A stretch of DNA of 64,000 nt, taken from assembly GCF_006345805.1 (NCBI RefSeq), contig NC_042999.1, positions 162,192,001-162,256,000 on the forward strand. Direction: 5' to 3'. The position numbers and the translations under genes were made by a program. The notes beneath the pieces are model-generated. The model made no database searches. It was not told the origin of the DNA and saw only the letters and a list, made by a program, of their open reading frames with translations. How positions within the stretch are numbered: position 1 is the stretch's first letter; each line of letters begins with the position of its first letter. Of the stretch, positions 12,600-25,358 are shown piece by piece. The stretch comes from Octopus sinensis (Eukaryota).

Positions 12600-12950
12600 A
12601 ACAGTGTGACTATGTGGTAAGAATTTTGCTTCCCAAACACATGGTTCCAGGTTCACTCCTACTGTGTGGCACCCTAGGCAAGTGTCTTCTGCTATAGCCT
12701 CAAGCCAACCAAAGCCTTGTGAATGGATTTGGTGGACAAAAACTGAAAGAAGCTTATTGTGTGTGCGTGTGTGTCTTTGAGTCTATGTTTATCCACCATC
12801 ACCATCACTTAACCAATGTTGGTGTGTTTACATCCTTGTAACTTAGCAGTCCAGTAAAAGAGATCCAATAAAATAAGTACCAGGATTGATTAGCTTGACT
12901 GAAATTCCTGCAGTCTAATGACTGAAATAAGTAAAAGATAAAAAATAAAA
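12600..12950 (+). mobile_element. Older, diverged SINE family B
   Basis: Diverged family match. Confidence 0.75.
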
Positions 12951-13011
12951 AAGTGAAGAATAAGTCACACAGCAACATGATGGCTCTCAACTTGGTAAAG
13001 GGAATGGTGAC

Positions 13012-13425
13012 ACTCTTTTACTCTTTTACTTGTTTCAGTCATTTGACTGCAGCCATGCTGAAGCACCGCCTTTAGTCGAGCAAATCAACCCTGGGACTTA
13101 TTCTTTGTAAGCCCAGTACTTATTCTATCGGTCTCTTTTGCCGAACTGCTAAGTGACGGGGACGTAAACACACCAGCATCGGTTGTCAAGCAATGCTAGG
13201 GGGACAAACACACACACACAATCACACACACAAACATATATATATATATATACATATATATACGACAGGCTTCTTTCAGTTTCCATCTACCAAATCCACT
13301 CACAAGGCATTGGTCGGCCTGGGGCTATAGCAGAAGACACTTGCCCAAGATGCCACGCAATGGGACTGAACCTGCAACCATGTGGTTGGTTAGCAAGCTA
13401 CTTACCACACAGCCACTCCTGCGTC
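13012..13425 (-). mobile_element. SINE family B
   Basis: Family match. Confidence 0.9.
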
Positions 13426-13841
13426 TATAATAGACTGAAGATAATTTTTGAAGGGAGTGAGAGCGCTCATGAAAAATAATGGAGTGATCTTGAAATTTTA
13501 AAATTTGAACAAATTTAATCTCAATTCTCAATGTTGAATATTAGAAGACTAAAATTACCAAAGAGCTGGACACTTTAGACGAAAGACACATTAAAAACAA
13601 TGAAAGGTTCTCCAATTTTACTTCAAAAGTTAGATTTTGATTCCAGGCACTGTATAATAAAATAATATTAAACCCAAGATTACTAGTTATTATTGTTGTT
13701 GTTATCATTTAGCCTCAGATCAGCCCTGGTTCAGTAGACCTATGATACCATGTCAACCATGACTATCCCATCTTTTATACATCTTGTATTGTATAGGCCA
13801 ATATGTCTTACTATTTTTAAGATAATAAGTTATCTTATCAT

Positions 13842-13873
<32 letters not shown>

Positions 13874-14119
13874 TTAGCATCCATTTTCAATGCTGGCATG
13901 GGTTAGACAGTTTCACTAGAACTAGTAAACCAGAGAGCTGTACCAGGATCAAGTTTTGTTTGGCTTGGTTTCTACAGCTGGATGCTCTTCCTAACACCAA
14001 CCACTCCAAGAGTGTAGTGAGTGCCTTTTAAGTGTCACCGACGCAGGTGCCTCTTATGTGTCACCAGCACAAGTGCTTTTACATGCTACCAGCACTGGCA
14101 CCTATTATGTGTCACCAGT

Positions 14120-14340
14120 GCTAGAGCTGAAAAAGAGGTAATTTCTACTCTCCTCCTCTGGAAGCCATCTACTCGCAATGCCAGAGGGTGCACACTCTCC
14201 TACCCTAATGTCATCTCCAGGGATACAGGCATCCAGCAACAGGACCTCTGTAATGCCATGATGGACCGTGAAGTCTGGCGTAGCATGGTAAATTCCGTTG
14301 TCTCGACCACGGTCGAACAATTATGATGATGATGATGACA
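14120..14340 (+). mobile_element. 3' end of a second RTE-clade LINE with (TGA)n tail
   Basis: LLLWKPS..AMMDREVWRSMV C-terminus followed by a tgatga tail. Confidence 0.65.
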
Positions 14341-14640
14341 GTTATGATTTTACTTGGCTTGATATGTCTTCTCAAGCACACAAAATCACCAAAGGTCATG
14401 ATCACTTGTCATCACCTCTGTGTGACTTAACTTCTGAAGATCATGCTTCACCACCACATTCTTTGTCTTCCTGGGTCTACCTCTTCCACAGGCTCCCTTC
14501 ACTTCTTTATGCAGCTAACCTCATCCATATGCATCACATGACCATACCAGTCTTCTCTTTTGCACACCACATCTGATGCTTCTTTTTCATAATTTTTCTC
14601 TCAAGATGTTTAGACTCTGTTCTACATGCACACTTATATT

Positions 14641-15022
14641 GGAAGCACTCCATCGGTTACGACGATGAGGGTTCCAGTTGATCCGATCAACGGAACAGCC
14701 TGCTCGTGAAATTAACGTGTAAGTGGCTGAGCACTCCACAGACACGTGTACCCTTAACGTAGTTCTCGGGGATATTCAGCGTGACACAGAGAGTGACAAG
14801 GCCGGCCCTTTGAAATACAGGTACAACAGAAACAGGAAGTAAGAGTGAGAGAAAGTTGTGGTGAAAGAGTACAGCAGGGATCACCACCATCCCCTGCTGG
14901 AGACTCGTGGAGCTTTTAGGTGTTTTCGCTCAATAAACACTCACAATGCCTGGTCTGGGAATCGAAACCGCGATCCTATGACCGCGAGTCCGCTGCCCTA
15001 ACCACTGGGCCATTGCGCCTCC
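14641..15022 (-). mobile_element. SINE family A
   Basis: Family match; TSD acacttatatt. Confidence 0.9.
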
Positions 15023-15426
15023 ACACACTTATATTGCACATCCAGCGAAGCATACTAGCTTCATTTCTTTGAAGCCTTTGCATGTCCTCTGTAGTCATAG
15101 CACATGTTTCTCTACTGTGTAGCATGGCTGTTCACACAAAGTATCATGCAATCTGCCTTTCACTCTGAGAGAGGGACCCTTTGTTACCAACAAAGTTAAA
15201 AGCTCTCTGAACGTTATCCAGCCTATTCTTATTCTAGCAGGTATGCTCTCAGAACATCCATCTCCACTGCTGACTTGGTCCCTTAGATAACAGAAGCTAT
15301 CTACTGCTTCTAAGTATCCTCCCTGGCATTTGATGGAGTCTTATTTTCTGTATATTTCTAGTGTTTATTGTACCTATACATCTGCCATACACAAAGATTA
15401 CTTTCTCTGTTAATCTTCCTGTAATA

Positions 15427-15660
15427 CTTATTTCTTTATTACCCACAAGGGGCTAAACATAGAGGGGACAAACATGGACAGACAGAGGTATTAAGTCGAT
15501 TATATCGACCCCAGTGCTTAACTGGTACTTAATTTATCGACCCCGAAAGGATGAAAGGCAAAGTCGACCTCGGCGGAATTTGAACTCACAACGTAACGGC
15601 AGCCGAAATACCGCTAAGCATTTCGCCCGACATGCTAACGATTCTGCTAGCTCGCCGCCT
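15427..15660 (-). mobile_element. SINE family C
   Basis: Family match. Confidence 0.85.
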
Positions 15661-16962
15661 GTAATACTTCTTCCTGTGATACTGCTGCACCTCTTATGTG
15701 TCTAAAGCTTACACCGAGAACACCTTATGGAGTTTCTACCTATGCCTTTTCTACATATCAAGCAGGGCCACCTCCCTGAAGGGATTTGTGATTTGTCTGT
15801 TTTTCTACTTACTAAAACTTGGGTCTTTGCTAAATTAACCCTAAGACCCTTTGATTCTAATCCTGAAATTTCTTCTCTAGTTCTGGCAGTGATTCAACTA
15901 TAAGAACAAGGTCATCAGCATAGAGGAGCTCCCAAAGGCAGCCTATCTTAATATCCTCTGTTATAGCCTGGAGGACTATAACAAACAAGAGGGGACTGAG
16001 AACCAATCCTTGGTGAACTTCTACCTGTACACTGGATTTGTTGCTATACTTGTTGCCAACCCTCACCTTACTGACAACATCCCTATATATAACTTGTACA
16101 GCTCTCATCAGCTACTCATCCATCCCTAGCTTCCAAATTGACCACCAGATAAGGGAGTGAGGAACCTTGTCAAAGGCTTTCTCCATGTTAACAAAAGCCA
16201 AGTACAGAAGTTTAGTTTTGGCCGAGTACTTCTCCTGCAGCTGCCTCACCATGAATATAGCCTCTGTGGTGCTTCTCTCTGGTACAAACCCAATCTACAT
16301 CTCATCTAGACTAAATCTCTTCCTAATTAGTTATGCTACATCAGTCATTGGGTATGACTCCCTCGTGTACAACCTGATTAACTATATGGGTGACTAGACC
16401 ATAACCCAGACAGCCTGATATTTTAAGCATATCAGCAGTGATTCCTGATGAGCCAGAGTCTTTATCTGCTAAACAACTATCTATTCAGATTTCTGGTCCC
16501 TCTGTTGGATCCAGGCAAACTCTCCTTCTCCCATGTGATCTCTACCTTTAGCAGCCTTTCATAGTGACACAAGTTTCTTTCTTTGCAGAGCCACTAACTG
16601 CAAGTGAACCATCATCCAAGTGAATGCACTTCTCTCCAAAAACATTATAATTTTCCCTGACACACTGACTGAGAAAATTTGGCTGCTATTTCTTGCAGGT
16701 CAAACAACTTAGATATCAATAACAAGGTTCTTGGGTGCTTATTGTAGCCGTAAGGAGTGGAGGGTATAAAAGGTTAACAACTTCTGATATAAGAGTGCAG
16801 CTAGTCATTACTGATGAAGTGTGCTGTTTAATTATGGTCAGAAATGATGGACCAATATTTTAAATGTTACCACAAACACTGGAAACAGGGTTGTGACAGA
16901 ATATAAAAGACTAGTCATAGATTAGTGAAGTGACAGAAGTGATAGAGCAGTAAACAAAATAC

Positions 16963-17078
16963 CTTGTAGTTATCTAACTGTGTCCTATGTTCTAAGTTCA
17001 AGATACTGTTAAAGTTGATCTTTGCCTTTCTTGCTCCGCAGATGAAGTAACCCTCAACCAAGTACTGGGATAAATTAA
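16963..17078 (-). CDS. Possible exon K: (V)NLSQYLVEGYFICGARKAKINFNSILNLEHRTQLDNYK
   Basis: Good donor AAG|gtattt and open frame; acceptor ambiguous (first exon base 17078 or 17064, both weak). Confidence 0.3.
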
Positions 17079-17237
17079 CTGCCATTACTCCAGATTTGTA
17101 GTGTTGTGCCAATGTTACAATTTATCCTTATAGTAATATTATAGGAGAGAGAATCTAAATTGGAGAAAAGGAGATCTAAAGGGAACTCATGAGAACATCA
17201 CAGCTCTTATATCAATGCTATAGAGTTTCATTTGTAC

Positions 17238-17359
17238 CTATTCTCATACACACACTGGAATATATAACAAGAGATTTGCATAAAAGCCTAGAAATGCTGG
17301 ATTCTCCAAGAAATAACAAAGGAAATTGATTTGGATCTTCCACATACAATTGATTAATG
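17238..17359 (-). CDS. Putative exon J, 122 nt, phase 2-1: INQLYVEDPNQFPLLFLGESSISRLLCKSLVIYSSVCMRI
   Basis: Acceptor ttttatatattttcactgtag, donor TAG|gtacaa, open frame. Confidence 0.6.
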
Positions 17360-17528
17360 CTACAGTGAAAATATATAAAATATTCTATAAATTCTCCATT
17401 TCAGTTTCCTGGAATGAACATATGCCTACAATCCCATGTACACAGAACATACACACACATTCACAAACTGTACTTGTGTACATGTACATCTATTACATGA
17501 GTGCAAGTTTATCCATACATGCACATAC

Positions 17529-17578
17529 CTATATGCCACCACCGATTTATTCACATATTCACAAATCTCAGGAATTGC
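17529..17578 (-). CDS. Putative exon I, 50 nt, phase 0-2: AIPEICEYVNKSVVAY(S)
   Basis: Strong donor TAG|gtatgt, modest acceptor; provides the phase needed between exons H and J. Confidence 0.5.
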
Positions 17579-17599
17579 CTTGACTCAAACAATAAAGTC

Positions 17600-18028
17600 T
17601 TGATTTTGCCAAAAAAAGACCTTAAGTCTCAAAGAAAAATCATTTATACATACTTAAATATAGGCAGGCACAGCTGTCCCCAGCAAGCAATTATGGCTTA
17701 ATAGTAAGGATCAAACTTGTTTTAGATTACTATGTAGTCAGATGTAGACTTAAATAAACTTAAATATGTCATCTGCATATTTCAGCACTGTGGCATTCTT
17801 TAAGTTGGCATCTATGTCATTAACATATGCAACAAATAAAAGGGGGCCAAGAACAGATCCCTGTGGTACACCAGATGTCATCTCATAGGGCGAAGAGTGC
17901 TGTCCTAGAATTGTGACAACCTCTTTTCGGCCAAAAATAAAGGACTTCAACCAGTTATAGAGTTCATCTCTTACACCCAACGCAGAAAGCTTCACCATAA
18001 GTATCAACAAAACACTCTGCTTGTCCAT
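17600..18028 (-). mobile_element. CR1/L2-type LINE RT fragment
   Basis: GVPQGSVLGPLLFVAYVND...KYADD. Confidence 0.8.
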
Positions 18029-18029
18029 T

Positions 18030-20495
18030 TGACCTAGGATGACACAGCAGAGTGGTCACATGTTTGATAATGAACATTTCAGAAAATTTTTTTAACTCAT
18101 CTGAAGTAAACTGAGTTCCATTATCAGACACAATGGTATCAAGAATACCATATCTGGCAAACAATTCGTGTAAAAAGTTTATTGTAACCGCAGATGTTGG
18201 CTTTTCACTTACGCTCTTTGGGCCACTTTGAAAAACTGTCTACCACAACAAGGTAATATAAACCATTAAGTAGACCTGCATAATCTACGTGCAGTCTGGA
18301 CAATGGAATATCTGTTTTTGGCCATGGTTGCCACTTAGTGGTAGGTGTTTTTTCAGCTAGGGCATAACCTCTGCATGTTTTTACTAGTTCTTCACTGTCA
18401 TGGTCCATTCTTGGTCAATACACACAACTACTCGTTAACAATTTTATTCTCAAATCCCTGAGTGACCAATGTGGAATTCCTTTAGTAATCACTTCTGTAG
18501 TGTGACTGGTACTATGACTCTTTGTGCATACATCAACACATTGTCATACATTGAGAATAGGTTTGAATTTGTGTTGTGTTCAGCAAAACGCGTATTTTTA
18601 TCTCTTAGTCCTCGGCATTTCTTTCATTTCTTTAATGAATTGATCATTTTTCACTTTTAATTTTATGTCTTGTAATGTAACTGGTAGTTCATGTACGATA
18701 TTACACAAAACATTTCTAATTTCATTTTCTGCTCGCAATGCAGCAATCATGGTATCCTCAAACAGTTCGGTATTTTTCGAAATCAGTCTTGATAAACAAT
18801 CATGTCCTAATTTCTTAGATGGTATAAGCTCTATCTTAAAATCATAGATTAGTAATATAGTACCCCGACATTGCAACCTATTAGCAGTAAGGGTAGGGAT
18901 TCCTTTCAATGGATGATGATCAGTCTGTAGTTGAAATATTTTATGGCAAAAGTAATCACTAGAGCTTCATTTTCAATTTGGCTGTAATGTTTTTCTGCAG
19001 GTAGTAATGAACATGAGGCATTAATTGTGGCCTTTATGTTATTATCTTCATATTTATGTGGCATTACAGTTCTGGTACCCTACTCAGAGGTATCTGAAGA
19101 TCCTCCACTGCAAGATTGAAATTGGCTAAGATAAATCTGATGTTAATATCTTTGGAATTTCATTGAATGCCTTCTGACAATTTTCAGACCAATTCCACTT
19201 TACATCATTTTTTAGTAGATTATTTAGTGGAGCTCTTACCTTATGCATGTTTGGTATATAAATTTAATAATAGTTTGCAAGTCCTAAAAAAACATGTAAG
19301 GTAGATATATTTGTCAGAGGAGCATATTTTTAATCGCATCTGCCCTCGACAGATTTGGTTGATATCCATTTTTATTAATGATTTGCCCTAAGTATTTAAT
19401 TTTAGGCAAGAAAAATTCATACTTCCCCTTACTCAACATGAAGCTGAAATCTCTTATTTTTTTTAACACATATTTTACAGGATTCACTTTTAATTAATAT
19501 ATCATCCAGGTAGGTCATCGCATAGTCACACTCTGCAAACATCATATCCATCACTTGTTGAGCAACCTTTATGCCAGTTAAACTTGTACAGACCTTTATC
19601 TGTATTGATTGTTAGTAGCTTAGAACAATCATCTTCCACTTGTATCTCTAAGTAGGCATCAGACAGATCTAATTTTGAGAACAATTTATAACCATTTAGT
19701 TTCAAGAAGATTTCCTCTGGGTTAAGTAATGGGTAGTTATATTGTTTTAAACAATCATTTAATCCTGTTAAGAAATTTGCACAAACACGTATTTTATTGT
19801 CCTTTTTTTTAATGTACATGGTTGGACTTGCCCAAGCCAAGTAATCAATCTTTGCAATCACTCACATTTTTTCCAGTTTGTCTCATTCATTATTTACCTG
19901 TTCCAGTGCTGCAAACGCTACATTACATTTGGGTTTGAAAACTGGTAATACATTTTATTTCACCTGAAATTTGGCTTTGAATTTATTGCACCAACCCAAC
20001 TTGTTTGAGAAAACATCAGGGAACAACCTTTTCACTTCTTTTTTAAAAATTTTCTGACTTTCTATTTGAATTGGCACACAACCCCATTTCAATCTTACAA
20101 AAATTATTTATGGGTAAATCCCATAAGTCGAACAGTTCCATCCAGTCAGTTCCAAAAAAGGTTGCTTGTATTTTTTTTATACATAAGCTTTTGCCTTTAC
20201 AGTCTTACCATGAAATAAAACATTACAAATAATTTTGTCTTTAAAAATTAAGTTAATCCCCCAGACACCACAGGCAATTTTAGATGTTTTCTGCAGTGTA
20301 GGTTTCCCAATTTTTTTGCATGTGTTTTCATTAATTAAAGAAATAAAGTAATGTCACTATCTGTATCTAACTGTAATTTTACATACGTATTATCAATTTT
20401 TACATACACAAATTTCCTTTGATGCTCATTCATATTTGTTGAAACCAATAAACTGCTTACATGATTTTTTCTGTTGAACAGTTTTCTAGGTTTTG
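18030..20495 (-). mobile_element. Decayed Gypsy/Ty3 pol (protease-RT-RNaseH-integrase)
   Basis: KLQLDTDSDIT (protease), FSKLDLSDAYL (RT), ANRLQ (RNaseH end), LHVDYAG and IVSDNGTQF..HPRSNGQAE (integrase) in Gypsy order. Confidence 0.9.
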
Positions 20496-22112
20496 TTTTA
20501 CAGCAGGGGTTCCCAACTTGGTCCATGTGGGCCACTAGGTGGTCCACAGGAAAATCCAGGTGGGCCACAGGAAAATTCAGATGGAAAATTTTCTGTGGTC
20601 CACCTGAAGAATTAAAATTTTCTCATACACGCACATGTCACACAAACAAAATATGCCTCATCACATATGTGTGAGTGCATATGAGTTCACTCATTGCCTA
20701 TAGGATGGTTAGCTATCCAATCATAAATGGATGCAACCAGATCCATGTTTGCACACATTAAAACACAAAAAATTGTGTGTTCTCGGCCAGTCAATGTGAT
20801 TGCGTTTTCTACCTGACTTTTGAATTGAGGATTACTAACAAAACCACAGCTCTTACAACTTACCCAACATATCATATTATCTCTCCAGGTATGTACATTT
20901 TTATGCAAGTGTTAGTCTAATTGTAATCTGTAGAAATTTTGCTGTCAGTGATATGAAAAAACGTTCCCTTAATTCTCCATCCACCGACTCAGAAAAAAGA
21001 TTCTGTAGACGATATCATGAAGATTATATCAAATATGGTTTTGAATCCTGTGTAGAAGATCCTTTTTTACCACAGTGTATTATCTACTCGAAAATATTAA
21101 CTAACGACTCAATGAAACCCTTGAAATTGTTGTATCATCTACAAAAAATCCAAGCTGGTTTATTTGGCAAGCCAAAGGAGTACTTCGAAGAATACAATCG
21201 CAAAAAAAATGTCTCATCTTCATCGCTCAAAAATTTCCTTGTCCATACTAACAACTGTTCTGGTCTGCAGGTGTCCTATAATATATCTCTCATGATAGCA
21301 AAACAGGGTCGCCCACATACCATTGGTGAAGATCTGATTAGGCCCTCCATACTTGAAGCATAAAAAGTTGCTAATGTGCCAAACGCTGTCTCAGTTTTAG
21401 CAAGTATTCCACTTTCAAACAACACTATATCTTCCTGCATTTGTTGAAATGGCCGAAGATGATGATTCCATAGTTGTAGAAGACTTGCGACACTGCAGAT
21501 TCTTGTTGACGGTGGATGACAGCACTTTTGACAGCAAATGTCTTGTCCTTGCCTTTTCTCGCAATGTGGAAGGTACCACAATTTGTGAAAACCTACTCTT
21601 TATGAAAACCATAGTGAAAAACATGGGAGAGACGATCTACAAAGCAGTCATGGATTATCTTACTAAAAATGGCACTGATCCCCTAAACCTCATATCAATA
21701 TGCACTGATGGAGCACCGTCTATGATTGGCAAAGCCCAGGGCTTTGTTGCCAGATGGATAGAATTTAATCCAGTTTTCACAATTCATTGTGTTCTCCATT
21801 GAGAAAACCTGACAGCAAAAAGAACCGGAAACAAATATATTTTCTAAAGCCCTAGACTTAATTGCTACCACAGTAAAAAAAATCAAAAGATCTGCTCATC
21901 AAGACAGGCATTTTCAAGAAGTTTGTAAAGATGAAATGTTCGACCGTCTGTTGTATTCGACAGATATACACTGGCTATCAATGGGAAGTTGTCTCAGACG
22001 TTTTGTGACACTTTTCAATAAAGTCATAGAGTTTCTTCAACAGACTGATCCAACTATGAGGGCATCACTTTCTCAGAAAAAAACCTGTAATATTTTCAGT
22101 TCTATATTTAAG

Positions 22113-22330
22113 AGATGATGAATTATGTACATTATTTATATTATTTACATTCGACAGATATTTGTCCTCATCTTGTTTGTTGTTAACACAACGTTTTGTC
22201 TGATATACCCTCCAGCCTTCTTCAGGTTTCTTGGGGAAATTTCGAACCTGGGTTCTCATTCCTAAGGTATTTTTTGATTTTATTATTATTTGTCCCAAAT
22301 TAGGACAAATATCCATCGAATGTAAATACT
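22113..22330 (-). mobile_element. Short Penelope-type terminal-repeat insertion inside hAT 2
   Basis: Inverted ends (22143-22168 vs 22301-22328); mutated hammerhead. Confidence 0.6.
22185..22230 (-). ncRNA. Degenerate hammerhead ribozyme
   Basis: aaac-CTGAAGA-aggctg...cagac-AAAAC GTT-gtgtt; GAAA changed to AAAA and stem II mismatched. Confidence 0.45.
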
Positions 22331-22849
22331 GTAATTTTTTATTTACATGAAATCTTTCAAAAACTTAATGATCTCAATATTTCCTTACAAAAGCAAAACA
22401 TCAACGTTGTACAAGCCAGACTCTTGATAAGGGTGTTTATGAATAAACTTGTTCTTTGGAAACTTCAAATTGAAGATCATAACAGTTCATGACTTAATAA
22501 CTGTTGTAGTAGATAACGACTTGAACAAATATATAATCGGGCATCTATCTTTCCTTCACAAAAACTTCAATATTCGTTTTGAAGATCTTTTGGCTTTAAA
22601 TATCCCATTTTTTGTGGACCCTCTTCACACAATGTCCATGAACGATAAACTCATTCAACCGGAATGTATTCAGATGGAGCTATGTGAGGCAACGGTAGAT
22701 GATAATCTGTGCAAATCATCTGAAACCAACTGGGTCAAGGCTTGATTGAATCATTCTTACGAATATCCAATTGCATGAGAAGAATTTTCCTTAAATTAGT
22801 GGACAAACACTTCACACAGTGACACAGATATGGATGTTTGTTTAATAGG

Positions 22850-23400
22850 CTCCACTTAAGAGAATTTTAGTGAGCACCCCTAAGCCATGGATAGAGGCAG
22901 GATGCTCATGTAAGATATACAATGACTGCCCAGTGGGGGAAATTTGATGCAAAGCTGAGGAGGTTGTGTATGAGGCTGAGGTGGTAGCTGACACTGGCAG
23001 CCAGAGTAACAGCCAGCATAGGAATGGCACATCTGCCAACAACAGTAGCATAGCCCACGGGCATAGCATACTTGATTGAGAATGCAAGAGTGCTCTGTCC
23101 ACCGGGCAATAAAGACTGTTGGTCGGGAAGCGAGATAGGTGTGTGTTACCTAACACGTAGAACCAGTGTTTGGTTTGCTCCAAGTGAGTTCCCAAGGGCA
23201 GACTGTGTGGATTCGTCCATATGTGTTCACAAATCAGAGGTACCATAGTATTACTCACTATGGTGTGACAAATTTTCAGACTTGATTCTGGATTTTGAAA
23301 CCTCTGTGCCCCAGGCAGGCTACAGTTATTCACCCTGTAAGCCGCCGTTTATGGAATGAGGATAACAATGTTGTTTTTGCACATGTGCAACTGCCATTCT
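22850..23400 (-). mobile_element. Highly degenerate LINE RT relic
   Basis: Faint similarity to the GVPQG and FADD regions only. Confidence 0.3.
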
Positions 23401-23527
23401 ATTGTGGTCGGTAAGTGAATCTGTGGCCACACGCTTCCTGGTAGTCTTCGGTAAGCCATTTGTACTCTATCACTGAACGAGTTTGGGCTTTCCATAAGAA
23501 TCCTGCCATGGCGTGAGTCCTGACTCA

Positions 23528-23662
23528 CAACAACAACAACAACAACAGCAGCAATGACAACGATAGCAGCAGTGATTGTGGTGACAGCAGCAGCAGCACA
23601 CTAAGCAACAGAGACAACAATACCAACAATTACAATGACAGCAGTAACAGCAACAACAACAA
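23528..23662. repeat. (CAA)/(CAG) trinucleotide tract
   Basis: Direct reading. Confidence 0.9.
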
Positions 23663-23799
23663 TGATAGACTCGGGGTAAACATAAGTGTAACAGGATCAG
23701 CTTCGGTATCACTGGAGGAATGTCCGATCTGATCCTGTCACATTCAATTTAGGTAGAATAACAGACAAGTCAGGCAATCTACGAACACAGCAAAATGGT

Positions 23800-24019
23800 T
23801 CTTTTACTCTTTTACTTGTTTCAGTCATTTGACTGCGGCCATGCTGGAGCACCGCCTTTAATCGAGCAACTCGACCCCAGGACTTATTCTTTTGTAAGCC
23901 CAGTACTTATTCTATCGGTCTCTTTTGCCGAACCGCTAAGTGATGGGGACATAAACACACCAGCATCAGTTGTCAAGCAATGCTAGGGGACAAACACAGA
24001 CACACAAACACACACACGC

Positions 24020-24050
<31 letters not shown>

Positions 24051-24214
24051 TACGATGGGCTTCTTTCAGTTTCCGTCTACCGAATCCACTCACAAGGCTT
24101 TGGTCGGCCCAAGGCTATAGTAGAAGACACTTGCCCAAGGTGCCATGCAGTGGGACTGAACCCGGAACCATGTGGTTGGTAGACAAGCTACTTACCACAC
24201 AGCCACTCCTGCAC
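23800..24214 (-). mobile_element. SINE family B
   Basis: Family match. Confidence 0.9.
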
Positions 24215-24235
24215 CTTGTTTATTAATCGTCGCAA

Positions 24236-24528
24236 TGTAGAACTGGTGCACGTGTTCTCTGGAGGGAAACCGACAGCCAAATCTGCAGTACTGATTACTC
24301 GCTTTCTTGTTTGTTAGTCGAACGATTCGTCGGGTTCGCTGCTTGGTTGGTGAGAAGTCCTCAGAGAGACTGCCAATATACGTCCGTTCTCGGGTGCTGC
24401 CTGAGCCAGAAAGGATGAGCGAGCGAACAGCGTTTTAAGGGTCAGTTCCTGCACATGCGCATGAGGAAGACTTCCGGTGGCCAACCGGACGCAATCCAAT
24501 TCTGCGCATGTGCGCTGAACCTTACACA
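24236..24528 (-). other. GC/CpG-rich segment, possibly a solo LTR or promoter-like island
   Basis: TG..CA ends on the minus strand; two NRF1-like GCGCATG motifs and ACTTCCGG; no convincing TSD. Confidence 0.35.
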
Positions 24529-24559
24529 GCAGCATCACTACATAAGTAACGTTAGCAGT

Positions 24560-24750
24560 GGTAGCACATCCAATACTGAGAATCAAAAATATGCTGGTTC
24601 AACCAGGCTCCCATTTAAGCAGTATTTGAACAACCACAAATCCTCTTTTAGGATACCAGGAAGGTACAACATCATGTCACTGGCCAGCTATGTATGGTGC
24701 TTAAAAGAGGAAGGAACCCCATACATAATTAAATGGAAGCTCCTTGAACA
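24560..24750 (+). mobile_element. Penelope-like GIY-YIG endonuclease fragment
   Basis: KYAGSTRLPFKQYLNNHKSSFR..LASYVWCLK..IKWKLLE. Confidence 0.7.
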
Positions 24751-24818
24751 ACTGGGATATGCACATATACATAGAAAGAAGAGTGAGGGAAGGAAAGAGA
24801 AAGACTAGCAGAGCTTGT

Positions 24819-25204
24819 TTTTTGGAAGCACTCCATCGGTTACGACGACGAGGGTTCCGGTTGATCCGATCAACGGAACAGCCTGCTCATGAAATTAACG
24901 TATAAGTGGCTGAGCACTCCACAGACACGTGTACCCTTAACGTAGTTCTCGGGGATATTCAGCGTGACACAGAGAGTGACAAGGCCGGCCCTTTGAAATA
25001 CAGGTACAACAGAAACAGGAAGTAAGAGTGAGAGAAAGTTGTGGTGAAAGAGTACAGCAGGGATCACCACCATCCCCTGCCAGAGCCTCGTGGAGCTTTA
25101 GGTGTTTTCGCTCAATAAACACTCACAACGCCCGGTCTGGGAATTGAAACCGCGATCCTACGACCGCGAGTTCGCTGCCCTAACCACTGGGCCATTGCGC
25201 CTCC
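24819..25204 (-). mobile_element. SINE family A
   Basis: Family match; 13-bp TSD tagcagagcttgt. Confidence 0.92.
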
Positions 25205-25358
25205 TAGCAGAGCTTGTAGGCAGTGTGATGCAAAAGGTGTTTTTTAATTTTTGGATGGTGGTTTTGAAGTTGTAGTGGTGGTAGTTAAAAGTTTCCTGGT
25301 TATTAATAGCATTGTAGTATTTGCCTGAATATATATATATATGGTGATATTGATTTAC

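Larger units (their letters stand above)
13840..16700 (-). mobile_element. Decayed RTE-type LINE with (TGA)n tail at 13840, carrying nested insertions
   Basis: RT motifs VHQGLVLSPLLF and ELLYADDLVLI (15857-16108); C-terminal remnants near 14345-15400. Confidence 0.8.
20504..22830 (+). mobile_element. Second decayed hAT transposon, right end not found
   Basis: Left TIR CAGGGGTTCCCAAC preceded by ttttacag; BED finger YIKYGF..PQC; TVDDST; CTDGAPSMIG; HCVLH. Confidence 0.85.
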
